From Nanobdellota archaeon (lineage in GTDB: Archaea > Nanobdellota > Nanobdellia > Woesearchaeales > JBHPGL01): a DNA stretch of 49,313 bases. Under the pieces are notes generated by a model, which was not told the origin of the DNA, searched no databases, and saw nothing but the letters and a program-made list of their open reading frames with translations. Within the stretch, counting starts at the first letter, position 1, and the number at the start of each line of letters is the position of its first letter. Below are positions 1 through 7,345 of this stretch, in pieces. The DNA lies in NCBI GenBank assembly GCA_042570655.1, contig JBHPGL010000001.1, positions 1 through 49,313 on the forward strand, written 5' to 3'. A program made the translations under genes and the position numbers.

Positions 1-62
1 TTAGAATTATATAAAAATAAATCGTCATTCTCTTTATCATAACTAAAATTATATTTTTGCAT
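1..62 (-). CDS. partial CDS, 5' end only (runs off the left edge); possibly a DUF2283-like small protein
   Basis: ATG at 62..60 on the minus strand, open to position 1. Translation is MQKYNFSYDKENDDLFLYNS... The YDxExDxL[FY] start recalls DUF2283-family proteins (from memory). Only 20 codons are visible. Confidence 0.25.
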   Translation of the reverse strand, partial: MQKYNFSYDKENDDLFLYNS

Positions 63-143
63 TTTTAACCTTTTTTTCAATAATATATTGCCAACGTCTA
101 TTAATCTTAATTATAGTGCAAATAATGCATTTATTATTTATTG

Positions 144-692
144 TTAGATATATTTCAATAACAATTTTATCTTATTTGCAAAATCAACTGCCTGCTCACG
201 AATATCTTCTGCTAATCTCTTTTCAAATAATTTATGAATGTCATAACACGCTTTTTCTCTTAATTCTTTTGAAGCACCAAGAGTTTCAATATCTTCTCTG
301 TCTAAAGAACTTGCAATTAGTTCAACATCTTCTTTATCGAGTGCATTTTGTGAATGGTAATGATGATAAATCAAAAAAGATAGAGTAGCAGAGTGATTTT
401 TTGAGGTAAATCCTTCTTTACATATTAAAGCTAAAGCTGCATGATAAATCGCATAATAATAAATCCCAATTACCCAATCATAAAAAGTATCCCCGCCAAA
501 AACATCTGGAATTTCATCTTTATGTTTTTCAATAATCCAGTTAGCAAAAGTTAAATTGTGGTCTGTTCTTCTTAAATGCAATTTCGAATCATCAGAGCTT
601 TTCTTAAGAATCCTTTTCCTAATGTAATTGTCCAGCCAAAATTTACACTCTTTCTTATCTTTTAACCAAAGCTTCCAGTTAGGCTTCTTCAT
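144..692 (-). CDS. HEPN-domain protein, partner of the upstream nucleotidyltransferase
   Basis: ATG at 692. It overlaps the upstream gene by 14 nt (679..692), and GGAGG lies about 11 nt upstream inside that gene. The helical core AIYHAALALICKEGFTSKNHSATLSFL resembles the HEPN (PF05168-type) core. I found no exact R-x(4-6)-H motif. Confidence 0.7.
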   Translation of the reverse strand: MKKPNWKLWLKDKKECKFWLDNYIRKRILKKSSDDSKLHLRRTDHNLTFANWIIEKHKDEIPDVFGGDTFYDWVIGIYYYAIYHAALALICKEGFTSKNHSATLSFLIYHHYHSQNALDKEDVELIASSLDREDIETLGASKELREKACYDIHKLFEKRLAEDIREQAVDFANKIKLLLKYI

Positions 693-1269
693 CTTTTAAC
701 TGCCTCCACCATTCAACTCCAATAAGAATAATTTTGTCTTTCTGAAGTTTTTTGAAAAACTCTTTAGTTGAATTATGAAATGAATCCTTAAATGAATGAT
801 AATCAAGATAAACAGGATTTAATTGTGTATTGGTTTTCATGCCTATCTTTTTCGCAGTATTTTCAATTTGTTTGGAATTCTCAATTTTCTGGAGAACTAA
901 TAAGATATCAATATCTGAATTCTTGGTATAAGTATTATTGGCATAAGAACCAAAAATGAGGACAATAAGGGGTTTCTCTTTTAATTCTTTTAAGAGATCT
1001 CTTATAGATAATTTTATCTTTACCGGAAGTCTTTCAAATCTAGAATATTCAACAATGGAAAGTGCTGGACTAAGCCCTTCTTTTGAATAGTCTAAGAAAT
1101 AATTAATCTGATTTCCTGCTTTTTGTTTCTTAATCAGTGTGTTTATTTTTTGAAGCGCATAATCTATTGAGGGCATACCTAATTTCAATTTTTTGGAAAG
1201 TTCCCTCTTATGAATTCCAGGATTGAGGTAAATTTGTTCTAATATTCTAATTTCAGTGTTGTCATACAT
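679..1269 (-). CDS. winged-HTH fused to a minimal nucleotidyltransferase (MNT)
   Basis: ATG at 1269. The N-terminus has an HTH-like segment (IRILEQIYLNPGIHKRELSKKLKLGMPSIDYAL). This is followed by the G-S-x10-D-x-D signature FGSYANNTYTKNSDIDILLV. It is translationally coupled to the HEPN gene. Confidence 0.8.
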   Translation of the reverse strand: MYDNTEIRILEQIYLNPGIHKRELSKKLKLGMPSIDYALQKINTLIKKQKAGNQINYFLDYSKEGLSPALSIVEYSRFERLPVKIKLSIRDLLKELKEKPLIVLIFGSYANNTYTKNSDIDILLVLQKIENSKQIENTAKKIGMKTNTQLNPVYLDYHSFKDSFHNSTKEFFKKLQKDKIILIGVEWWRQLKDEEA

Positions 1270-1386
1270 TTTATATCAATTGTCATATATAATATATCAA
1301 TAATATATAAATATTTGTATTTTTATACATCAAATATGGGTATTATTGGTTTTATTATAATGAATTCTTATATCTTAAATATTTTC

Positions 1387-1404
1387 CTATATAGATCTAT
1401 ATAG
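1387..1404. repeat. perfect 18-bp palindrome CTATATAGATCTATATAG, with a third TATATAG half-site at 1408..1414; function unknown
   Basis: Read directly: the sequence equals its own reverse complement. It lies between the methyltransferase stop (1457) and the MNT start (1269), about 120 nt upstream of the wHTH-MNT gene. Confidence 0.8.
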
Positions 1405-1456
1405 AGGTATATAGTTTTATTCTTGTTGAACATTTTACTTAAAGGATTTGCTGATG

Positions 1457-2686
1457 TTATTCTTTTCTTTTGAAAATTAAGTAATCTGTAGAAATCAATT
1501 TTTCAGCTAAATATTCCCAGAATTCTATTACATCTTCTTCTGTCATGTCGAGTTCAATTTTTACTTGATCTAATAATTGTTTGATTGTCTTTTTACCGTC
1601 GATATTTTTAAGCATAAACTTATTAAAATCTGTAAAGGGAATTTCGAAGTTTGTTGCATAATTAAATTGTAGTCTTTCCCCTTTTTCTAAAATATTAGGT
1701 CCAAGGACAAAAAATAAAATTGGACAATATTTAGATGGATCTTCTTTAAGATAGTTTGTTTTAATTACATCTCTTTTACTCACTATAAAACTATGTTTTG
1801 CAATTTGTCCATTAATTAATTCTGAAATTGCCATTTGATCTTTAACGGGTGATTTTTTTATTTTATTTAGTAATTCCTCATCTTTAATATATGATTTTGG
1901 GTCATAATTATATTGGTCATAAATATGGACTAATTTAAGTTCACAACCTTCGACCCAATCATAGAATTCTTTTACTGAAAAAGCCCTATCTTGCGAATGT
2001 AAATAAAGATCATAAACTCCAATGTCGCCCATTGATTTATCATCCTTTAAAAAATTCATAGTATTCCAATGTTTTTTACCATAACTTGAAATAATTGATT
2101 TTGTATTATCTATCTTTTTTTGAATATCTGTTTCGTTTTGGTTTATTAATTTCATTAATTCCTGAGTCATATAAACAGTTGTTCGACCATATTTTCCATA
2201 AATCATTATTGAAATAAAACCGTCGTCTTTTAACACTGATTTTAATGCGTTTAAACCTTCTGAAGGATCTTTTAAATGATGTAATACTCCTGAAGAAATA
2301 ATATAATCAAACTTCTCCAAATCCATTTTTGGTAGATCAAGTAATGAACCTTCAATGAACTTTATATTTGTAAGACCTCTAATTTTACATCTTTCTTTTG
2401 CAATATCTAAAGATGCTTCTGAAAAATCAATTGCTGTTACAGTTGCACCTACTTTTTTTAATTGTTCTGCTATAAAAACAGTTGAATCTCCTGTACCACA
2501 ACCAGCATCTAGAACTCTAAAATTTTTATTAATAATATTTTTACCTTTAAAAAAGAATCCATTTAATTTATCAAGATTGCCAAAATTTGTTCTTAACAAT
2601 CTTTTTTTTTCATCTTCAGGGTTTCTTTTTGGATATGGATATCCTTCATATTGATTTTGCACTTCTTTTAGAGTCATATTTAGCAT
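1457..2686 (-). CDS. class I SAM-dependent methyltransferase with an extra C-terminal domain
   Basis: Motif I is VLDAGCGTGDSTVFIAE, and a downstream YIISSGVLHHLKDP is present. ATG at 2686. A second ATG at 2677 sits about 26 nt downstream of a TTATATAA box (2702..2709), so the mRNA may be leaderless from 2677. Confidence 0.85.
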   Translation of the reverse strand: MLNMTLKEVQNQYEGYPYPKRNPEDEKKRLLRTNFGNLDKLNGFFFKGKNIINKNFRVLDAGCGTGDSTVFIAEQLKKVGATVTAIDFSEASLDIAKERCKIRGLTNIKFIEGSLLDLPKMDLEKFDYIISSGVLHHLKDPSEGLNALKSVLKDDGFISIMIYGKYGRTTVYMTQELMKLINQNETDIQKKIDNTKSIISSYGKKHWNTMNFLKDDKSMGDIGVYDLYLHSQDRAFSVKEFYDWVEGCELKLVHIYDQYNYDPKSYIKDEELLNKIKKSPVKDQMAISELINGQIAKHSFIVSKRDVIKTNYLKEDPSKYCPILFFVLGPNILEKGERLQFNYATNFEIPFTDFNKFMLKNIDGKKTIKQLLDQVKIELDMTEEDVIEFWEYLAEKLISTDYLIFKRKE

Positions 2687-2755
2687 AAAAAATGATTTTA
2701 TTTATATAATTTTTCATTGATAAATATTTATATTTAGAAATAATGGTTCTTATTT

Positions 2756-2790
2756 AAAAAAAGAAAAAAAAAGAAAAAAATTTATTTGTT
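2756..2790 (-). terminator. oligo-T (archaeal-type) terminator after the S-layer gene
   Basis: On the minus strand the stop codon is followed by AACAAATAAATTTTTTTCTTTTTTTTTCTTTTTTT, with several T runs of 7 or more. Confidence 0.5.
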
Positions 2791-5235
2791 TTATGGTACT
2801 GTAACAACAGCGTTGTCGATTGTAGTTCCAGATACTTTTACTTCAGTTGTTCCTTCAGGTAATGAGCTCAGTTTTGATTTCATTCTAACTACTCTAGCTG
2901 CTCTCATTGTGTCGTCTCCGTTTGCACCTGCTACTAACATAGCAACTTTACTACCATATGCTTTCATTTTAACTAGTGCTTCACCTGTAACGAATCCTTC
3001 TGTACAAACTGCAGGGTTACCCATAAAGTCGTCAGATAGTTCGTTAGCACATGGACCACCTACTAAAATCATATTTTGGTCGCCTAAGTTACCAGCATCT
3101 TTAGCAAATTTAGCTGATCCTACATCAATCATTTGGATTGTGCAAGATTGTCCGCTTGATCCGCCAGATTTAATAGCGCTTACTGGTGCTATAAATACGT
3201 TTGCTACTGTTTCTTCTTCAGGATAGACAACACTTACATCATCTTTATTGTCACTGTCCCAAGTGAAGATTGCTCCCCAATTGTTGTTATCAAGACCAAT
3301 TTCAATATCTGAGTCTTCTTCTGTTGGGCTGGTTGTAACATCGTCTACTCCACCGACATCTTTTTCAATTTCCATGTCGTTGCTTCCATCATCATCGAAA
3401 GTCCATACTCCTAGATCTCCACCGTTATCATCAAAGAATCCTACGTTGGTTTCTGTACCTTGGATTTCAATATCGATTTCTCCTGCTTTTGATGTTTCAA
3501 AGTCTGCATTTGCTTCGTCTCCTACATATCCATCATTCATATCAAATGTTAACCGGATATCATTAGCATCTGCATTACCATCATAATCACCTAATGCTTC
3601 GGTAATTGTCAAATCTGCAAATCCTAAATCAACTACTGCTGTATAATCTTGGTCGTCCCATGTTTTTCCTGTTGTTAGATCTTTTAGGTCTATTTCATCA
3701 GCGGTTGCATCAAGGTCTGTTATTTCAATTATTCTTGCTTCTCCACCTGATCCTACAACTAACAACAAAGTGTCTTCACATGCAGTTTCCAAATCAGCTG
3801 CAACTGCTACAACTGCGGCACCTTTACTTCCATAACAACCGTCACCGTCTGCTATCATTAGATTACCATTTGCTGTTACTCCTACTGCTGCAATACCGTC
3901 TTGAACAACCCATCTTAAAGTACTAGCTGCAAGTACTTCATCTCCAGGAAATACATTTGTTCCATCATTAATAAATGGAATTTCTAATTCATCTCCTCTG
4001 TTGTTAAGCAAAGTCAGTTCACCATCATCACTTGATGCTTTCATATCCATTTCTTCTGTTGTTTGTGAGATACTGTCGAAATCGATTTTCCACTGACCAA
4101 ATACTGGATCAATCCATTCTCCGCCAATTGGAACAAAGATATCATCTTCAGGTGTATATACTACATTAAATCCATCCCAGTCATCATTGTTACCTGTTCC
4201 TGTGATAGTTACAGCTGCACCTTCGATTGTAGATCCGCCAACTTTAGCATCTTCACCAGTTTCTAAAATGATTTCCATAGCTCCTAAGTTAACTTCACAA
4301 GCATCTGTATCTTGTGTTGCACTGTGTACAGCAATTGCATCTGTTACACCAACTTCAACACCATTAATTGTTGCTGTTTGGTCTAAGTCAATCCATTTTG
4401 TTGTTCCGTCAACACTAACACCACATGCTTCTTCGTCATCTGCAACATCAATTAATTCAACTTCGTGTTCTACACCGCTGATAATTTTTGTTATAGGAGA
4501 ACCTTGTGTCATCCACATAACTGTGTCACCAGCCATTAAAGTAATTTTAGTTACATCGTCGAAAGTTGCGTCAACTTCGATATCTGTTATTGTATAATCT
4601 TGTCCTTGGATCATAATTTTTGTTCCTTCAAGATCGTCTGCTGCTGTAGTTGCTGATGTTCCATCATAATCGATTTCATCATCCATATCTAATGTGAATG
4701 TATATAAACTAACATCATCATTTATTTGGATGTATGTTGCTGTTGGTTCATTGTCATCTTCTGAATCTGCTGCAAATAGAAGGTCTGCGTTTAAGTTAGT
4801 AAATGCAATTTCTTGCGTATACTCTTCTTCATTGTCATTATTACCTTCTGTGTCATCATATTCACCGTCCATTAAAAGATCTAAATCGTCGCTTGTTAAT
4901 GTTGAGTCAATATCTTCAATTTCTTCACCATAGTTGAAGTCTTCTCCAGGCGCATCAATTAAGACACCTTCGTCGATTGTTGGTGCACTGCCAGCAATGT
5001 CAGTACAAACTTTTGTTTCGTATTGTAGTCCAACTGCTAAGTCTACAGCACCTAATGTGTCTGCGGAAATAGAATTTGTACCTACTACTATCCAAGCATC
5101 GAACTGTCCGTCTTTAACAAACGGTTCAGGATAGTCGTTCAAATCGTAAGCCATAGCTCCTAAGATTGATGCTCCTACCATAGTAACAGCAGCTCCTAAT
5201 GCTAAAACTTTTTTAATTCCTCTTTTTACTCTCAT
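2791..5235 (-). CDS. S-layer protein (Methanococcales-like N- and C-terminal domains), very acidic
   Basis: GGAGGTG lies 5 nt upstream of the ATG. The signal peptide is MRVKRGIKKVLALGAAVTMVGASILGAMA/YD. The N-terminal YDLNDYPEPFVKDGQFDAWIVVGTNSISADTLGAVDLAVGL and the C-terminal NMILVGGPCAN...MLVAGANGDDT resemble archaeal S_layer_N and S_layer_C domains (from memory). The middle is rich in D, E, T and G. Confidence 0.8.
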   Translation of the reverse strand: MRVKRGIKKVLALGAAVTMVGASILGAMAYDLNDYPEPFVKDGQFDAWIVVGTNSISADTLGAVDLAVGLQYETKVCTDIAGSAPTIDEGVLIDAPGEDFNYGEEIEDIDSTLTSDDLDLLMDGEYDDTEGNNDNEEEYTQEIAFTNLNADLLFAADSEDDNEPTATYIQINDDVSLYTFTLDMDDEIDYDGTSATTAADDLEGTKIMIQGQDYTITDIEVDATFDDVTKITLMAGDTVMWMTQGSPITKIISGVEHEVELIDVADDEEACGVSVDGTTKWIDLDQTATINGVEVGVTDAIAVHSATQDTDACEVNLGAMEIILETGEDAKVGGSTIEGAAVTITGTGNNDDWDGFNVVYTPEDDIFVPIGGEWIDPVFGQWKIDFDSISQTTEEMDMKASSDDGELTLLNNRGDELEIPFINDGTNVFPGDEVLAASTLRWVVQDGIAAVGVTANGNLMIADGDGCYGSKGAAVVAVAADLETACEDTLLLVVGSGGEARIIEITDLDATADEIDLKDLTTGKTWDDQDYTAVVDLGFADLTITEALGDYDGNADANDIRLTFDMNDGYVGDEANADFETSKAGEIDIEIQGTETNVGFFDDNGGDLGVWTFDDDGSNDMEIEKDVGGVDDVTTSPTEEDSDIEIGLDNNNWGAIFTWDSDNKDDVSVVYPEEETVANVFIAPVSAIKSGGSSGQSCTIQMIDVGSAKFAKDAGNLGDQNMILVGGPCANELSDDFMGNPAVCTEGFVTGEALVKMKAYGSKVAMLVAGANGDDTMRAARVVRMKSKLSSLPEGTTEVKVSGTTIDNAVVTVP

Positions 5236-5646
5236 CTAAACACCTCCGTGTTTAATTTTGTGGCATTTAAGCCTTGAATATCAAACCTCACGGCATGATT
5301 TATTATCGTGCTCTAAGCAAAAATTATATATGCTCGCAAGCAAAATATAGCTTTATTAAAGTAACTCACCGTCTAATAATTAAGCTACTTAATGTGTTTA
5401 TTTTTTCTTTAATTTATAAAGATTTCGCAAGTCAAATCTCGAAAATCATAGTTATATTTCTGAAACCTTTGAATTTAAAAGAATTAAGCTCTGAAAAGGG
5501 TTTGTTACTCTAGAATAGTAATTTGGTAAAATAGGTAAAAAATACCCTAATATAGTATTTCGTATACTTATTTGGTCTTTGTTAATTTGTGGCATTTTAG
5601 TGATATTTTTCATCTTATCGACGGTAATTTTCTATTATATTTAAAA

Positions 5647-5693
5647 TTTTTCAAAATTTTGATTATATTTTTTAGTTTTTCAAAATTTTGATT
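5647..5693. promoter_or_regulatory. two direct copies of TTTTTCAAAATTTTGATT, each containing the perfect palindrome TCAAAATTTTGA (operator-like)
   Basis: The copies are at 5647..5664 and 5676..5693, with palindromes at 5651..5662 and 5680..5691, 29 bp apart. They lie in the divergent S-layer/Nudix intergenic region, about 60-100 nt upstream of the Nudix ATG. Confidence 0.5.
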
Positions 5694-5750
5694 TAATTCT
5701 GAAAATGAAAATCAAAAGAATTAAATACTACTTTGGAGTAACAATGGTTC

Positions 5751-6356
5751 ATGGTTGATAAAGACGGAATAAATGATGGGAAAGAAAAAACTTATGAAGA
5801 AATAAGTGAAGAGATTGTCGATGTAGTAAATGTATATGACGAGATAAAGGGGCAAATGCCAAAGAAAGTATGTCATGAAACAGGATTATGGCATAGAGGT
5901 TCTTCTGTTTTTGTATTCGAAGATAATTCATATGAAGATATTGCATTACAAAGGAGAAGTAAATATAAGTCAAGTAATCCATTAAAATTATGTGTTCCTG
6001 GAGGACATGTTAGTGCTGGTGAGACTTATTTGGAAGCAGCTCAAAGAGAATTTGTTGAAGAAATGTATGATAGTGTTGATCATGAAAAAATATTTACTGA
6101 TGAATATCAAAATAAAATGAGTAATTTGGTCTTCGAAGAATTGTTTAAAATTCAAAAAGATCTCGACAATGATTATGAGTTTATTACTGTTCATAGAGTT
6201 ATAGATCCTGGTCCATTTAATCCAGATCCTCAAGAAGTTGATGAAATTTTTTTTATGAATGTTTATGATGCTGTCAAATTATCTCAAGATAAACCAGGAG
6301 AGTTTAATGGTACATCTGTATTATTATTGGAAGAGTATGCTAAGAGATACTTATAA
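5751..6356 (+). CDS. Nudix hydrolase
   Basis: The Nudix box GGHVSAGETYLEAAQREFVEEM fits G-x5-E-x7-REUxEE. ATG at 5751. Confidence 0.85.
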   Translation: MVDKDGINDGKEKTYEEISEEIVDVVNVYDEIKGQMPKKVCHETGLWHRGSSVFVFEDNSYEDIALQRRSKYKSSNPLKLCVPGGHVSAGETYLEAAQREFVEEMYDSVDHEKIFTDEYQNKMSNLVFEELFKIQKDLDNDYEFITVHRVIDPGPFNPDPQEVDEIFFMNVYDAVKLSQDKPGEFNGTSVLLLEEYAKRYL

Positions 6357-6417
6357 TAGATAATAAATATATAGATGATTATTGTTAATTCTAAACATTC
6401 ATAAAAAATGAGGTTAA

Positions 6418-6603
6418 TCAAAGTCCTTTATTATTAAAAACCCATTTCCATAATGGAATAAATTTAATCTCACCATCTATTTTAGCAGTATTTTTTGTTA
6501 ACAATATTAAATTTTTACATTTTTTAAATTTAGTTTTAAACTCAATTAAGGATTTTGTTTCCCTTTTTTCAACATCATCATAATCTTCCATTAAATCTAC
6601 CAA
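6418..6603 (-). CDS. hypothetical small protein (weak call)
   Basis: The track ORF starts at TTG (6603); the first ATG is at 6591. There is no SD and I recognise no motif. It would be antisense to a + strand hairpin plus T5 at 6608..6627. Confidence 0.25.
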   Translation of the reverse strand: MVDLMEDYDDVEKRETKSLIEFKTKFKKCKNLILLTKNTAKIDGEIKFIPLWKWVFNNKGL

Positions 6604-6607
6604 TCAT

Positions 6608-6627
6608 CTACCAAATTGGTAGTTTTT
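6608..6627 (+). terminator. hairpin CTACCAA-A-TTGGTAG followed by TTTTT (possible + strand terminator)
   Basis: Arms of 7 bp at 6608..6614 and 6616..6622, then T5 at 6623..6627. It is about 250 nt downstream of the Nudix stop. The function is uncertain. Confidence 0.3.
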
Positions 6628-6768
6628 ATTATATAATTGTATTTCTAAATTAATATTAACGTTCTAGTTTAAAATTTAAATAAATTATCCTTAATTTTAT
6701 TATTAATTAAATCTATTTAATATACTTTTAAAAAAATTATCAAAAATAATAATAATTCTGCACAAAAT

Positions 6769-6783
6769 CGAAACATTTATAAA
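6769..6783 (+). promoter_or_regulatory. BRE/TATA-like promoter box CGAAACATTTATAAA (copy 1)
   Basis: An A-rich BRE-like CGAAA is followed by TTTATAAA (6776..6783). This would place a transcription start near 6806. Confidence 0.45.
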
Positions 6784-6822
6784 TGGTTTGGGGTAAAGCA
6801 GTATACAAAAAGGTATATTAAG

Positions 6823-6837
6823 CGAAACATTTATATA
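6823..6837 (+). promoter_or_regulatory. BRE/TATA-like promoter box CGAAACATTTATATA (copy 2)
   Basis: Matches copy 1 at 14 of 15 positions and lies 54 nt downstream of it. The TATA box is TTTATATA at 6830..6837. This would place a start near 6860. Confidence 0.5.
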
Positions 6838-6859
6838 CTAGGGTGATTATACTACTCTT

Positions 6860-7172
6860 TAGATACGTTTAGTGTACATCCGCACCCTTGTGTAGTAATT
6901 CATTATTCATGTTCCTTAACCGAGTTAAGGGATTTACATTCAAAGAGGCTCTCCTTACCCTAGAATCTATATTCTAAAGCCCTTCCCTCATTCCCTCAAT
7001 TCTAGGAGAGCCCTTTCTATTCACAATTAATGGTTTGCCATAATCTTTCACTCAACTATAAAATTGGTAGACCATTATTAAAAAGAGGTGGATCAGCTAA
7101 GGTCATCGACTTTAGCTTACTTCATAACGGGTCTTGCTGGACAGTAGAATCTGTCCAGTTAGCCCATCACAT
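6860..7172 (+). ncRNA. candidate structured non-coding RNA of unknown family (boundaries approximate)
   Basis: It lies in a 742-nt gene-free gap, is locally GC-enriched, and follows two promoter boxes. Helices: 6914-6920/6924-6930; 6942-6954/7005-7016 (one bulged A) stacked on 6961-6966/6999-7004; 7028-7040/7065-7077 (13 bp); 7095-7104/7108-7117 (10 bp); 7137-7144/7151-7158 (8 bp). Three pairs are G:U only on the + strand. Confidence 0.4.
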
Positions 7173-7345
7173 TTATGAAATAACAGAAAATCAGAGACAT
7201 TAGAGAAACAAAATTTGAAATAATAGACAACTGTGATTAAAATGAAATCAAAAATATTATCAATCATAAAAGACACAAATTTGGCTTGGGTCATAATAGG
7301 TATGGCAGTTTTATTTAAAATTCAGCAAATCCTAATAAAATAGAG

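Noticed and set aside
116-388. 90-aa + strand ORF with a GTG start
   Set aside because: It is antisense to the HEPN gene, has no motif, and uses an alternative start codon.
2786-5134. Several + strand ORFs (2786..3226, 3248..3586, 3606..3926, 4187..4597, 4694..4933, 4934..5134)
   Set aside because: They are antisense to the well-supported S-layer gene. They form S/P/L-rich low-complexity mirror frames.
5274-6233. ORFs 5274..5513 (+), 5749..5982 (-) and 5988..6233 (-)
   Set aside because: The first lies in the S-layer upstream spacer with no signals. The other two are antisense to the Nudix gene, which has a clear Nudix box.
6860-7172. Assignment of the structured region to RNase P RNA, SRP RNA, 5S rRNA, a tRNA or split tRNA half, or a C/D box sRNA
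   Set aside because: I found no GAGGAAAGUCC-like CR-I, no GGAA/AGCA helix-8 motif, no GTTCRAATC T-loop with a matching acceptor stem, and no RUGAUGA/CUGA boxes. It is therefore kept only as an unclassified candidate.
7112-7294. 60-aa minus-strand ORF overlapping the 3' part of the candidate ncRNA
   Set aside because: It has no SD or promoter context and a hydrophobic low-complexity sequence. The region is better explained by + strand RNA helices with G:U pairs.
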